DNA of 32,000 nt from Acaryochloridaceae cyanobacterium VAR_48_metabat_390 (GTDB taxonomy: Bacteria; Cyanobacteriota; Cyanobacteriia; Thermosynechococcales; Thermosynechococcaceae), in the NCBI GenBank assembly GCA_031422435.1, contig JANPLU010000048.1, positions 1 to 32,000 of the forward strand, in the 5' to 3' direction. Shown here piece after piece: positions 9,498 through 19,482 of the stretch; within the stretch, counting starts at the first letter, position 1, and each line of letters begins with the position of its first letter. The notes under the pieces were generated by a model that did no database searches, was not told where the DNA came from, and was given only the letters and a program-made list of their open reading frames with translations. The position numbers were made by a program, and so were the translations under genes.

Positions 9498-10502
9498 TTA
9501 CCACTTGGAAACAACGTACTCGGTCAAGTCAAGCACACGTTGGCTATAGCCCCATTCGTTGTCGTACCATGCCACAACCTTTACCATGTGACCACCCATC
9601 ACCATGGTGAGGGCAGCGTCAATGATAGAAGAGCAAGGATGACCTTTATAATCGCTGGAAACAAGCTCAATATCGCTATAGTGCAAAATGCCCTTCATAG
9701 AGCTTGCCGCAGCCGTTTGAAGTGCTTGATTCACCTGTTCTGCAATCGTAGGCTTTTCAACTTGCGCGACAAAATCAACCACCGACACGTTAGGCGTGGG
9801 CACGCGCAGCGCAATGCCGTTTAACTTACCCGCCAATGCAGGAATCACTAGACCCACAGCCTTTGCCGCACCCGTTGAGGTAGGCACAATATTGACCGCA
9901 GCAGCTCGTGCGCGGCGAAGGTCGCGGTGGCTTGCATCTAAAATGCGCTGGTCGCCTGTATAGCTGTGGGTGGTGGTCATCATGCCTTGCAGAATGCCAA
10001 ATTCTTCGTGCAGCACTTTCACGATGGGTGCTAGGCAGTTGGTGGTGCAGCTTGCGTTACTAATAATGTCGTCGCTGGTTTTGTAGTCTTGGTGGTTAAC
10101 CCCAAAGACGTACATAGGCACTGAACCTTTACCAGGTGCCGTAATGACAACTTTCTTTGCCCCTGCATTGATGTGCTTACCTGCACCTTCTGGGGAGATA
10201 AAAACGCCTGTGGATTCAATAACAATGTCAATATTCCATTCACGCCAAGGCAGGTTTTCTGGGTTCCGGTCAGAGACGCACTTGATAACGTGACCGTTTG
10301 CGGTAATGGAGTTATCGTCTGCGCTAATCTCGGCATCTAGTACGCCCAGCATGGAGTCATAGCGCAGCAGGTGAGCATTGGTTCTAGGATCGGAGGTGTC
10401 ATTAATGGCAACGATCTCAATATTGCTGCTTGGTCGCTGCAACCAGCACCGCATGAAGTTACGTCCGATGCGCCCAAACCCATTGATCGCTACTCTAATC
10501 AC
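9498..10502 (-). CDS. gap2: glyceraldehyde-3-phosphate dehydrogenase, Calvin-cycle type
   Basis: Has the [18 protein letters not shown]-terminus, active-site [12 protein letters not shown], and WYDNEWGYS near the C-terminus. Confidence 0.9.
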   Translation of the reverse strand: MIRVAINGFGRIGRNFMRCWLQRPSSNIEIVAINDTSDPRTNAHLLRYDSMLGVLDAEISADDNSITANGHVIKCVSDRNPENLPWREWNIDIVIESTGVFISPEGAGKHINAGAKKVVITAPGKGSVPMYVFGVNHQDYKTSDDIISNASCTTNCLAPIVKVLHEEFGILQGMMTTTHSYTGDQRILDASHRDLRRARAAAVNIVPTSTGAAKAVGLVIPALAGKLNGIALRVPTPNVSVVDFVAQVEKPTIAEQVNQALQTAAASSMKGILHYSDIELVSSDYKGHPCSSIIDAALTMVMGGHMVKVVAWYDNEWGYSQRVLDLTEYVVSKW

Positions 10503-10795
10503 TGCGTCCTATCCTCTTTTTTATAACTCACTTAAAAAGTCAGTCAGTCATGACCCCACCGATCATATCTCAGAAGGTGCGTCTGAATGAAGCGGTTTTT
10601 GTACCTAAAATCTAAACAAGTTTTGGCAGTACCACAGACAAACTTTGGTAAGCATAATGTTTTTCGTTAAAACCTATCCATTTCCAATGCAGGAGGGCAG
10701 GCTCTATTGTTGTGACAGGTGCATTTGAGCGTTTGCTTTAGCCGATTGGTGAAGCAGGCGAGTGTTCGGTCGGGTGTAGATTTGATTGAACAATA

Positions 10796-11068
10796 TCAAG
10801 CGGCAAAGTAAGGCTGCAAATGTTGCTGAAGCTGAACCACAGACAATCGCGGGGAAGGACGCGGAATAGGTGTATCTTTAGGCGCTGTTTCGTTTGTTCG
10901 ATAAAATAAGACTGGAATTTCGTATTGATAGGCCATGAACCAGTCTGCTTGGGCGGTAATGTCTCGAATCTCTAGCTGAAAATTCAAATCCTGAATTTGC
11001 TCCAGCTTTTCTTGCAGCCCTTCACAAAGATGGCAGCCTGGTTTGCTATAAAGGACGAGCGTTGGCAT
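10796..11068 (-). CDS. glutaredoxin-like / thioredoxin-fold protein (DUF836 type)
   Basis: LVLYSKPGCHLCEGL contains a CxxC motif. The ATG at 11068 (MPTLVLYS) is more likely than the upstream ATG at 11098. Confidence 0.65.
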   Translation of the reverse strand: MPTLVLYSKPGCHLCEGLQEKLEQIQDLNFQLEIRDITAQADWFMAYQYEIPVLFYRTNETAPKDTPIPRPSPRLSVVQLQQHLQPYFAA

Positions 11069-11303
11069 AGATTTATTTAGAAAAAGACAGGCTTTCAATG
11101 CGCGATGATTGCGCCCTTCCTATCCTAGAGAGTCTTGACCTGTCTAAGATGACTCTGGGCAGAATTTGATGTGCAAAGATACAAATAGGCCGTTAGAAGG
11201 GTAGCCTAAAACCAAGGTCTCTAAGACTACGCCTGCTGGGTCAAATATCTAGCTTACTGCGTGTAAATTTTAACGTTCTAATATCTACCAAGAGTTAGCA
11301 GTC

Positions 11304-11879
11304 ATGTTGATGGGGTTTTGCAAGTCTAATTGGAAATGGATCGCTGGGTCCCTCTTCCTGGCGGCAGCTACGGGTCTTCCGGTTGTTAGCCAAGCACAGT
11401 CGCCTGGAGATGTAATTCGGATTGGGTCGCCCAGTACCTGGAGCCAATATGAGTCTTATTGGAACCAGCTCATTAACTTAAGTGGTGCGAGCACCCCTCC
11501 TAATGCTGCGGCTGGAAGTGGTGGTGATGCAGCAGCCACTGCCAGTGACCCCAAAGTCTTAGAACAGGTGCTCATTAGAAACCTACGCGTTAGTAACGTA
11601 CGCTTGGTGCCAATTTTTAAGCTCAATGGTTCTTCCCAGGTTTCGGGTAGAATCACGAACGGCAATAGTAAAGCCGTTACGGTTTCTAGCGTTAACCTTG
11701 AAGTCCTAGATTCCTCTGGCAACTTAGTCCAAACGAGTGCAGCAGCACCAGAGCCTTCGACCATTCCGGCTGGGGCAACTGTCACCTTTCAGCAGAGGCT
11801 AGATACGGTGCCATCCGATAGTGGCTTTCAGGTTCGCCTGTCTCGAAGCAACCCGTTTACGATTCAGGGCGGCGTTTAG
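11304..11879 (+). CDS. hypothetical secreted protein
   Basis: N-terminal signal peptide (WIAGSLFLAAATGLPVVSQA-QS). No recognisable domain. Confidence 0.5.
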   Translation: MLMGFCKSNWKWIAGSLFLAAATGLPVVSQAQSPGDVIRIGSPSTWSQYESYWNQLINLSGASTPPNAAAGSGGDAAATASDPKVLEQVLIRNLRVSNVRLVPIFKLNGSSQVSGRITNGNSKAVTVSSVNLEVLDSSGNLVQTSAAAPEPSTIPAGATVTFQQRLDTVPSDSGFQVRLSRSNPFTIQGGV

Positions 11880-11904
11880 GTCGCGCCTATTGATATCAAC
11901 AATA

Positions 11905-12153
11905 ATGGCAACCGTTACTGTCAAGTTATTTGCAGCCTATCAAGAAGCATATGGTAAACCAGAAGTTGTCTTAGAGGTAGCTTCTGGTATGACCGTTGGA
12001 GAAGTGGGCGATCGCATCCGCCACCCTTTTCCTGCACTCCAGGCTCTCGCTGAGGTGACGCGCTATGGAGTAAACCTTGGGTTTGTAGACCCGAGTACCG
12101 TGGTTCAAGAGGGGGACGAGGTTGTGCTGATTCCCCCTGTGAGTGGTGGGTAG
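11905..12153 (+). CDS. moaD: MoaD/ThiS-family sulfur-carrier protein
   Basis: 82 aa beginning MATVTVKLFA and ending ...LIPPVSGG, the diagnostic C-terminal Gly-Gly. The start is set at the internal ATG at 11905. Confidence 0.75.
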   Translation: MATVTVKLFAAYQEAYGKPEVVLEVASGMTVGEVGDRIRHPFPALQALAEVTRYGVNLGFVDPSTVVQEGDEVVLIPPVSGG

Positions 12154-12158
12154 CAACG

Positions 12159-12665
12159 CTAGGGCGCGTGTTTATCTAAAAGTGTAAACAGCGAATCTTC
12201 TAATTCATAGCCAAATAGCTCTGCCATTTGCTTGAGGGTATTGGGTCGCGCTACGCCATTTTGCTTCAGCCAATGGTGCAGCACAAAAATTTTCTGCATC
12301 AAAAATAAATCTAAAGCCTGTGGGTTAAACAAAATGCCTTCACGCTTGCTAAATTCGTGGGGCACTAGCATGGCAGCATAGCGCGCCAACTCGCCAGACT
12401 TCCAATCGAGCCAGTAGGGGAGCCAGGGGTAAATGCTGTCGAGTCGCAAAAACCACAGCCGCACTTCAGGGATATCGGGCAATTCTTCAGACTGCTCTGG
12501 AGCTTGAGGATAGTCAATTTGAAACTGGAGAGACTGCTCATGGTCAAACAGCGTTTTGGTCTGGAGCCAGCGATCTAGCACAGCCTTAACGGGAGACAGG
12601 TCTAGGGTCTCAAAATGTTGGGCGTTGACGGTAATGACGGTAGACATAGGGAAGTGCGATCGCAT
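12159..12665 (-). CDS. conserved cyanobacterial protein, possibly CRR6-like NDH-1 assembly factor (DUF1817)
   Basis: Size and sequence character (WFLRLD..YPWLPYWLDW, LVPHEF) recall the CRR6 family, but this is memory only. An alternative start lies at 12647. Confidence 0.4.
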   Translation of the reverse strand: MRSHFPMSTVITVNAQHFETLDLSPVKAVLDRWLQTKTLFDHEQSLQFQIDYPQAPEQSEELPDIPEVRLWFLRLDSIYPWLPYWLDWKSGELARYAAMLVPHEFSKREGILFNPQALDLFLMQKIFVLHHWLKQNGVARPNTLKQMAELFGYELEDSLFTLLDKHAP

Positions 12666-12797
12666 CTAAATAATGCTTAACGTAGCCTGGAACAGGCAGA
12701 CAGAAAAGCGCAGGGCTAAAACTCGCAAGCAGTTTGAGTTTGGTTATGATGGAATCAATACACAATAAAACCGCTTTTAAGATTTTGGGAATGTACA

Positions 12798-13259
12798 GTG
12801 CTGAGTGAAAAAGAGGGTGATGTTCAATCAATTCAGTCGCTAGACGATGCGCTGACCAAGTGTCAAACTTTAGGGATGCGACTCAGTCGGCAGCGCCGCT
12901 CTATTTTAGAGCTATTGTGGCAAGCTCAAGAGCATCTCTCGGCACGACAAATCTATGACCGCCTCAATCAAGAAGGCAAAGACATTGGACATACATCGGT
13001 CTACCAAAATTTAGAAGCCCTTTCTCAGCAAGACATTATAGAATGCGTTGAACGCTCAGACGGTCGTCTCTATGGACATGTGAGCGATTCTCATAGCCAT
13101 ATTAATTGCCTCGATACCGATCAGATTTTAGATATTCACGTCCAGCTCCCTGATGCGCTCATTGCAGAAATTGAGCAGCGTACAGGCGTAAAAATTACGG
13201 ACTATCGCGTTGATTTTTATGGCTATCGTCAAGGCGATTCGACCTTGAGTTCACTGTAG
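12798..13259 (+). CDS. Fur-family metalloregulator (Zur/PerR/Fur subtype not resolved)
   Basis: Winged-helix region RLSRQRRSILELLW...LSARQIYDRL...GHTSVYQNLEAL and His-rich site GHVSDSHSHINC. Starts with GTG. Confidence 0.85.
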   Translation: MLSEKEGDVQSIQSLDDALTKCQTLGMRLSRQRRSILELLWQAQEHLSARQIYDRLNQEGKDIGHTSVYQNLEALSQQDIIECVERSDGRLYGHVSDSHSHINCLDTDQILDIHVQLPDALIAEIEQRTGVKITDYRVDFYGYRQGDSTLSSL

Positions 13260-13448
13260 TCAATTAAGCCCTGTGAGTCTCCTCTGGTGCTGGCGATCGC
13301 CGTAATCGGTGGACGCATGACCTCCACACTATTCACGCTGATCGTGGTTCCGGTGATCTTCACCTACATTGATAGCCTTCAACACCTCATTTTTGGGAAG
13401 TTATGGAAAGGGGCAGGCGATCGCCGTGCCCAAGATCCATTAATTTAA
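13260..13448 (+). pseudogene. C-terminal remnant of an RND (AcrB/CzcA-type) efflux transporter
   Basis: Translation is ...LVLAIAVIGGRMTSTLFTLIVVPVIFTYIDSLQHL...*, the typical last transmembrane helix of RND pumps. No upstream coding sequence exists, because the frame opens right after the fur stop. Confidence 0.55.
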
Positions 13449-13612
13449 AGTATCTCGGCTCAACCCGAAGTTCTTGTCATTTTGCAATGGTTGTTAGAAT
13501 TTCGTCATATAGTACTTGTATGTATGGTGCGGCAAAATTGTATCAAACATCACAAAAAAATGAAAAATAGCAGACTTAATTAATTCATTAAGTACTCGCT
13601 TTGTGGAAAAAA

Positions 13613-16600
13613 ATGGACAATAGCCGTCAGTCAGAAAAACACGATTCTGAATCTTCTTCTCTGCTAGGCAAGGATAATTCTTTCGTTAAAAATCGATTGG
13701 AGCGATCGCTGAGGCTACAGAGGGTATGCAATCGGACATTAGTGCATGCCAAAGGCGAGCAGGAGCTGCTACAGGAGTTATGCCAAAGCATCATCAGTGA
13801 AGGTGGGTATCGATTCGCGTGGATTGGGTATGTTCAGAATGATGAGAAGCAGTCTGTAAACCCAGTTGCCCATGCCGGACATGGCGAAAATTATCTTAAA
13901 GCACTACAGGTTTCTTGGGGAGAGAACGAAGCAGGCCAAGGGCCAACAGGTCGTGCGATCAGATCAGAGCAACCCTGTATCGTGCAGGATATACCAACGG
14001 AACCCAATTACGCACCCTGGCGGGAGGCCGCACAGCAGCAGGGTTATAGGGCATCAATGGCGCTGCCGTTAACAGATGAGAGCGGAGTGTTTGGAGTACT
14101 GAATATTTATGCAAGTGAGCCAGACGCATTTCAAGATGAAGAGGTGCAGAGCCTGATCTTTTTTGCCGTTGACCTGAGCTATGGCATTAGAGCCTTGAGA
14201 ACAGACCGAGAACGCAAGCAAGCAGAAGAGGCATTGCGACAGAGTGAAGAGCGCTACCAGAACCTAGCGAACAATATTCCAGGAATGATTTTTCAAACGC
14301 GCACCACATTAGAGGGAGGGTTTTCTGTACTTTACGCCAGTACAGGCTGCTACGACCTGTACGAGGTGAGTCCTGAAGAGATGATGACAGGCAGATATAC
14401 CCTCAGAGATTTTGAACATCCCGATGATTCTGTGGTTATTGATCGGATGATTTCCAGGGCTAGTCAATCCCTGCAAATGTTTGATCAGGAATTTCGCATT
14501 GTGACTCTGTCAGGAAAAGAGAAATGGATTCAGGCGGTATCACATCCGATCCCGCAAGCAGATGGATCCATTGTCTGGGATGGCGTCATGCTGGATATTG
14601 ATGGGCGCAAAAAGTCTGAAGATGAGCTGCAGCGGGCTTTAGATACTAATCAAGCAGTACTTAACGCCCTACCAGACGTGATATTAAAAATCGGTCGAGA
14701 TGGGATTTATCGCAGCATCATTCCTAAAAATGACGTGTTTCTCCTTGCTCCTCCAGAGCAATTCCTTGGTAAACATCTTAACGAAGTCCTTCCGGCTGAG
14801 ATTGCCCAAGAACGGATGACCCTAATTGAGGAAGCCTTTTGCACGGGAAAGACTCAGATACAGGAGTATTCACTGTGGGTAGAAGGCAAACAACATTATG
14901 AAGAAATCCGCTGCGTTGTTTGCAGCGAAGATGAGGTCTTGCTTCTGGTTCGAGACATCACCGAAAGTACAAGAAACAAAGCAGATCTTCAGAAAAGCGA
15001 AGAACGACTGCGAATGGCGATCAGCGCTGCCAATCAAGGGATCTATGACCTTAATCTACAGACAGGAGAATCGACTATAAGCCTCGAATATGCGCTCATG
15101 CTAGGGTACGAGCCGGAAGAGCTAAAAGAAAGCTATGACCGTTGGCTTGAGAGGATTCATCCAGAAGATCAAGAGAGCGTTGACAGGACTTTTCGACAGT
15201 ATGTTGCGGGAGAGATTCCAGAGTACAGAGCAGAATTTAGACTACGCACAAAAACTGGAGAATGGCTATGGATTTTATCTATAGGTCAGATTGTTCAGTG
15301 GGATGCGTCAGGAAAGCCATTAAGGATGTTAGGGAGCCATACCGACATTCACAAGCTCAAGCAGGCAGAATCTTCGCTGCGGAATTCAGAGGCAGAGCTA
15401 CTGACGGTATTTCAGGCTATGACAGATGTGGTAGTCATTCGAGACATTCAAGGTCGGTGCCTTAAAGTTGCGCCGACAAATACCACAGGCTTTTACATAT
15501 CCCCTCTAGAAATGATAGGGAAAACAACCGATGAAACATTCCCCGCCCCCGTGGCTAAAGCTTTAAATGATGCTATTCAAACCTGTTTAGCTGAGAAAAG
15601 AGTAGTTGAAACTGAGTTCTTTTTTGAAAAATCCGCCAGAACGTTATTTTTTGCAACTACGGTCTCCCCTATGACCGAAACCACTGCACTTATCGTGTCT
15701 AAGGATGTCTCTGATCGCAAAGGTGCAGAAACTGCGCTCTTAGCGTCTCAAAAGCAGTTTCGCAATCTGGTAGAAAATTCCCCTGACATCATAGAGCGAT
15801 TCGATTTGAATCTAAAACACCTGTACGTGAGTCCTTCGCTGACGGCTTTAACCGGTATACCGATAGAACATTTCCTGGGCAAGTCCTGCCGTGACCTTGA
15901 CATGGGTGAGAGCATGATCAGTGCATGGGAGTCTGCAGCCGCAAGACTGCTGTCTTCTGGTCAAAAGCAGGTGATTGAATTTGAAACGTCTACGCTGGAC
16001 GGCCTTCGAACCTTTGAAATGGCGATCGTTCCAGAATTATCCGCTGAACAAACGCTTGATTCGATACTCTGCCTTTCTAGAGATATTACTGAGCGTAAAA
16101 TTGCTGCAGAAGCGCTCCAAGAAAGCGAGACCCGCTTTAGACAGCTAGCAGAAAATATACAGGACGTTTTTTGGATTGCAGACAGGGAGCTTACAGAGAT
16201 ACTTTATGTCAGCCCTACCTATGAAATCCTCTGGGGTCAAAGCTGCTCTAGTCTCTATGAACAGCCGCAGACTTTTTTAGAAGCAGTCCATCCTGAAGAT
16301 CGCGATCGCGTTGATGATTTGCTCCAGCGCCAGCGGTATGTAGGCTGGAATCATGAGTATCGAATTTTACAGCCTGATGGCACAATGCGATGGATCTGGG
16401 AGCAGGCTTTTCCGGTTCCTGATCCCAGTGGGATCATCAATCGTGTTGTAGGAATCTCCCAAGACATTACCGAGCGAAAAGAGTCTGAGTCTCAGCTTCT
16501 TCATAACTCTCTCCATGACACCCTCACCCGCCTACCCAACCGCAGCCAACTTATACAGCGGATAGAATTGGCTCTCCTTAGAGTCCAAAGAGCTGAGATT

Positions 16601-17800
16601 CATAGCTTCGCAGTTTTATTTCTAGATCTAGACCGATTTAAGAACGTCAACGACAGCTTGGGACATTTAGTGGGCGATCAGCTTTTGGTTAAGGTAGCAC
16701 AAAGACTTCAATCAAAGATTCGTGCGGTTGATTTAGCGGCTCGGCTCGGCGGCGATGAGTTTGTAATCTTACTGGAAGATCTTCCTAACATTCAAACTTC
16801 GATTCAAGTGGCGGAGAAAATCTTGAACGAATTTCAAATTCCAATCGTACTGAACCAGCGCGAGATCATCATAACAACCAGCATCGGCATCGTTTTCGGA
16901 ACCTCGGACTATACAAAGGCTTCCGAGGTACTACGAGATGCCGATACCGCGATGTATCAGGCCAAAACTCAGGGAAAAAACACCTATAGAGTTTTCAATA
17001 CCCTGATGCATACTGAGGTAAGAGAACGACTTGACCTTGAGAACGATTTGCGTAAAGGTTTGGAAAGAGAAGAATTTATTATTTATTATCAGCCCATTCT
17101 TAATATAAATACCTTGAGTTGGGTTGGATTTGAAGCCTTAATTCGCTGGAACCATCCTAGTTTAGGGTTTATCTCTCCCGCAAGCTTTCTACCACTCGCT
17201 GAAGAAACAGGTTTGATTATTTCTCTTGACTATTGGACGCTTAAAACAGCCTGTCAACAGATGGCGCAGTGGCAGGGGCAGTTTCCGAGTGCTGAATCGC
17301 TAAAAATCAGTGTTAATTTGACGGATCAAGTTTTAAGGCAAAACAGTTTCATTGAGTATGTTGACTTAGTTTTGGCTCAAACGGGACTAGAGAGCCAGTG
17401 CTTAAATTTGGAAATTACAGAAGGAGTATTGATCAAAGACATTTCTAGGACAATTGAAATCCTGACCGTTCTCCAGGCGAGAGGAATTCATATTAGTGTT
17501 GACGATTTTGGCACAGGATATTCTTCGCTCAACTATCTGCATCGATTACCGCTGGACACGTTAAAAATAGATCGCTCTTTTGTGAGTCAAATGCAGGTAG
17601 GCTCTCGCAATCATAAGATTGTTAAGACCATCATTACCTTAAGCAATGAGTTAGGGTTTAAAGTTGTTGCGGAGGGAATTGAAACAGAACAACAGCTTGA
17701 ATTGCTGGCTAAGCTAGAATGCGAAATGGGTCAAGGGTACTTTTTCGCCAAACCTATGTCAGCCAGTGCTGTTGAATCCTTTCTGGGGGCTGGGAAGTGA
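13613..17800 (+). CDS. multidomain c-di-GMP signalling protein: GAF, about six PAS/PAC, GGDEF, EAL
   Basis: GAF-like N-terminus and repeated PAS/PAC blocks ending in DITERK/DVSDRK. GGDEF motif at 16748..16762 with an RxxD I-site (RAVD, 16721..16732). EAL at 17132..17140 plus DDFGTGYSS. The ATG at 13613 is preferred over the TTG at 13601. Confidence 0.93.
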   Translation: MDNSRQSEKHDSESSSLLGKDNSFVKNRLERSLRLQRVCNRTLVHAKGEQELLQELCQSIISEGGYRFAWIGYVQNDEKQSVNPVAHAGHGENYLKALQVSWGENEAGQGPTGRAIRSEQPCIVQDIPTEPNYAPWREAAQQQGYRASMALPLTDESGVFGVLNIYASEPDAFQDEEVQSLIFFAVDLSYGIRALRTDRERKQAEEALRQSEERYQNLANNIPGMIFQTRTTLEGGFSVLYASTGCYDLYEVSPEEMMTGRYTLRDFEHPDDSVVIDRMISRASQSLQMFDQEFRIVTLSGKEKWIQAVSHPIPQADGSIVWDGVMLDIDGRKKSEDELQRALDTNQAVLNALPDVILKIGRDGIYRSIIPKNDVFLLAPPEQFLGKHLNEVLPAEIAQERMTLIEEAFCTGKTQIQEYSLWVEGKQHYEEIRCVVCSEDEVLLLVRDITESTRNKADLQKSEERLRMAISAANQGIYDLNLQTGESTISLEYALMLGYEPEELKESYDRWLERIHPEDQESVDRTFRQYVAGEIPEYRAEFRLRTKTGEWLWILSIGQIVQWDASGKPLRMLGSHTDIHKLKQAESSLRNSEAELLTVFQAMTDVVVIRDIQGRCLKVAPTNTTGFYISPLEMIGKTTDETFPAPVAKALNDAIQTCLAEKRVVETEFFFEKSARTLFFATTVSPMTETTALIVSKDVSDRKGAETALLASQKQFRNLVENSPDIIERFDLNLKHLYVSPSLTALTGIPIEHFLGKSCRDLDMGESMISAWESAAARLLSSGQKQVIEFETSTLDGLRTFEMAIVPELSAEQTLDSILCLSRDITERKIAAEALQESETRFRQLAENIQDVFWIADRELTEILYVSPTYEILWGQSCSSLYEQPQTFLEAVHPEDRDRVDDLLQRQRYVGWNHEYRILQPDGTMRWIWEQAFPVPDPSGIINRVVGISQDITERKESESQLLHNSLHDTLTRLPNRSQLIQRIELALLRVQRAEIHSFAVLFLDLDRFKNVNDSLGHLVGDQLLVKVAQRLQSKIRAVDLAARLGGDEFVILLEDLPNIQTSIQVAEKILNEFQIPIVLNQREIIITTSIGIVFGTSDYTKASEVLRDADTAMYQAKTQGKNTYRVFNTLMHTEVRERLDLENDLRKGLEREEFIIYYQPILNINTLSWVGFEALIRWNHPSLGFISPASFLPLAEETGLIISLDYWTLKTACQQMAQWQGQFPSAESLKISVNLTDQVLRQNSFIEYVDLVLAQTGLESQCLNLEITEGVLIKDISRTIEILTVLQARGIHISVDDFGTGYSSLNYLHRLPLDTLKIDRSFVSQMQVGSRNHKIVKTIITLSNELGFKVVAEGIETEQQLELLAKLECEMGQGYFFAKPMSASAVESFLGAGK

Positions 17801-17900
17801 CCTCGGCGAGAATGTTAGCGACTTTTGGATTTAAAAGGCTAACAACTTTATTGAATTTTGCCTAACTCCTTAAGGGTCGTCTTGAACATGGGTAGGATAT

Positions 17901-18179
17901 ATGACAGCTTCACAAGCTCAATGGAATCTCGAACCCAATCTGCTCCAACGGCTCGCTGAATTAGCTCGACAGCGAGGTCAGACTACAGAATCTATCATTA
18001 CAGAGGCAGTGCTTTCATATCTTCAGGCTCAGGTTTCTAAAGATTACAATGCTGCTGCTGAAGATCCTCTGATTGGCCTGTTTTCAGGATCTCCCAATCT
18101 AGCCACCCAATCTGAAGAAATTCTTCAGCAGTCAATCACCGCAACTTCTGGATGGACATGGAAAAACGATCAGCCATAG
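17901..18179 (+). CDS. vapB: type II antitoxin (VapB-like, ribbon-helix-helix type)
   Basis: Small acidic protein that overlaps the downstream PIN gene by about 22-28 nt. The N-terminus LLQRLAELARQRGQTTESIITEAV is RHH-like. Confidence 0.7.
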   Translation: MTASQAQWNLEPNLLQRLAELARQRGQTTESIITEAVLSYLQAQVSKDYNAAAEDPLIGLFSGSPNLATQSEEILQQSITATSGWTWKNDQP

Positions 18180-18577
18180 CGGACACTGGCTTTATCGTGG
18201 CCTTACTCAACCAGTCAGATGCTAGGCATCAAGATGTTGCCCCCATCTATATACAGCAACAATCCATACTCTTTCCCCAAACCGTTTTGGCTGAAGTTGC
18301 CTACTTGTTAGGGCGAGATGCTGGGACTTCAACCGTTGTGGCTTTCCTTAAAGGTCTTTCTCAGAGCCGATTTCACATTATTGCTCTAACTGAAACAGAC
18401 TTAAATCGAATCGCTGAGATTTTGAGCCAGTATGCCGACAGTCGTATTGATTTTGTCGATGCCAGCGTGATGGCAGTTGCTGAGCGATACGGAATCACAA
18501 CCGTTTTAACACTCGATCAGCGCGACTTTCGACTCTTTCGACCCCAGCATTGCCAAAGCTTTGAACTTTTGCCCTAG
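18152..18577 (+). CDS. vapC: PIN-domain toxin (VapC)
   Basis: Conserved acidic residues in IADTGFIVAL, LAEVAYLL, IDFVDASVMA and LDQRDF. Confidence 0.85.
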   Translation: MDMEKRSAIADTGFIVALLNQSDARHQDVAPIYIQQQSILFPQTVLAEVAYLLGRDAGTSTVVAFLKGLSQSRFHIIALTETDLNRIAEILSQYADSRIDFVDASVMAVAERYGITTVLTLDQRDFRLFRPQHCQSFELLP

Positions 18578-18598
18578 CAACGAGCGATCGCTGATCAG

Positions 18599-18665
18599 CC
18601 CGATCTGTAACGATAGAGTGGACTGTAGAACCCTATATCTCTGTTGTAAGCGAGAAGTGCTGTGC
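18599..18665 (+). repeat. direct repeat copy A (about 67 nt)
   Basis: ccCgatctgtaacgataGagtggactGtagaaccctatAtCtCtgttgtaagcgagaagTgctgtgc. It matches copy B with 7 mismatches. Confidence 0.85.
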
Positions 18666-18686
18666 TTCTAAAAGAGGCAACAAAAC

Positions 18687-19421
18687 TCAACCCAAATCTG
18701 GGTCAATCCCTAGCGCCCTCAACTGCTGAGCAAGACGAGCCGCTGTTGCTTCAGCTTGCTCTAAGGGCGTTGGAATCCAATCGCCATGTTCATCTAACCA
18801 TCGTAGCCACGGGCGAGTTCTACCTTCATACTCGCCCTGCCATAAACCCAAACCAACCTTTAACTCTGGCATCCAAAAGCGGTTATTCTCCAGCAACATT
18901 GCTTGATACTGCCCCTTCTCCAGATGAAATCCTCTCAGCGTATTGCTATAGCGGTCATATAAAACGTAATAGGGCACTTTAAGGATGCTTTCATATACGT
19001 CCCACTTGGTTGGGGGTTCTCCCTCTCCAGCTTCAGTTTGTCCCAAATCTTCTTTTTCTGTGCCTGGAGACAATAACTCCACAACCACATAGGGATTTAC
19101 CCCTTCATCCCAGGTTACATAGCTAAGACGTAAATCTTCTGTGCCATAAAGACGCGGCACCCCTATCGCCACAAACCAATCGGGTCGCTTATGCCACAGT
19201 GGATGGTTGAGGTCGTAATACAGATTGATATCGGTGCCTGTAAAAATGCGATCGCGTGTAACCTCGGTTAGACGCAGCGTCGCGCTTAAAAGATGCGGCT
19301 GTAAATCATGAAACTCATCCGGCAAGCCAGGTTCCTCAGGATCTTCACTCGGAAGATCATACATGGTAGGCCAAGGTTTAGTTGCAGATTTCCAAAGGTC
19401 ATCACGATAGGCTTGGGTCAT
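18687..19421 (-). CDS. Uma2-family (DUF820) endonuclease
   Basis: The N-terminus WPTMYDLPSEDPEEPGLPDEFHDLQP and the body INLYYD...PDWF, VVELLSPGT are typical of the long cyanobacterial Uma2 proteins. Confidence 0.85.
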   Translation of the reverse strand: MTQAYRDDLWKSATKPWPTMYDLPSEDPEEPGLPDEFHDLQPHLLSATLRLTEVTRDRIFTGTDINLYYDLNHPLWHKRPDWFVAIGVPRLYGTEDLRLSYVTWDEGVNPYVVVELLSPGTEKEDLGQTEAGEGEPPTKWDVYESILKVPYYVLYDRYSNTLRGFHLEKGQYQAMLLENNRFWMPELKVGLGLWQGEYEGRTRPWLRWLDEHGDWIPTPLEQAEATAARLAQQLRALGIDPDLG

Positions 19422-19482
19422 GGCTATCCCTTGCTTTAGCTCAATGAGCGGCTGTCTTTAGTATATGACCTAGAAAAATGAA

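Noticed and set aside
9446-9514. N-terminal extension of the aminotransferase ORF ([15 protein letters not shown]...)
   Set aside because: It overlaps the gap2 stop region, and the conserved family N-terminus (LMIPGPTP) begins just after the ATG at 9445.
12666-12797. Possible Fur/Zur box (ttatgatggaatcaataca) in the divergent promoter region upstream of the Fur-family gene
   Set aside because: It has only weak dyad symmetry, and I cannot match it confidently to a Fur or Zur consensus without a matrix scan.
18662-18982. 106-aa plus-strand ORF starting with GTG inside repeat copy A
   Set aside because: It lies antisense to the well-supported Uma2 gene. Its start codon exists only because the radical-SAM leader was duplicated, and its sequence is low-complexity with no motif.
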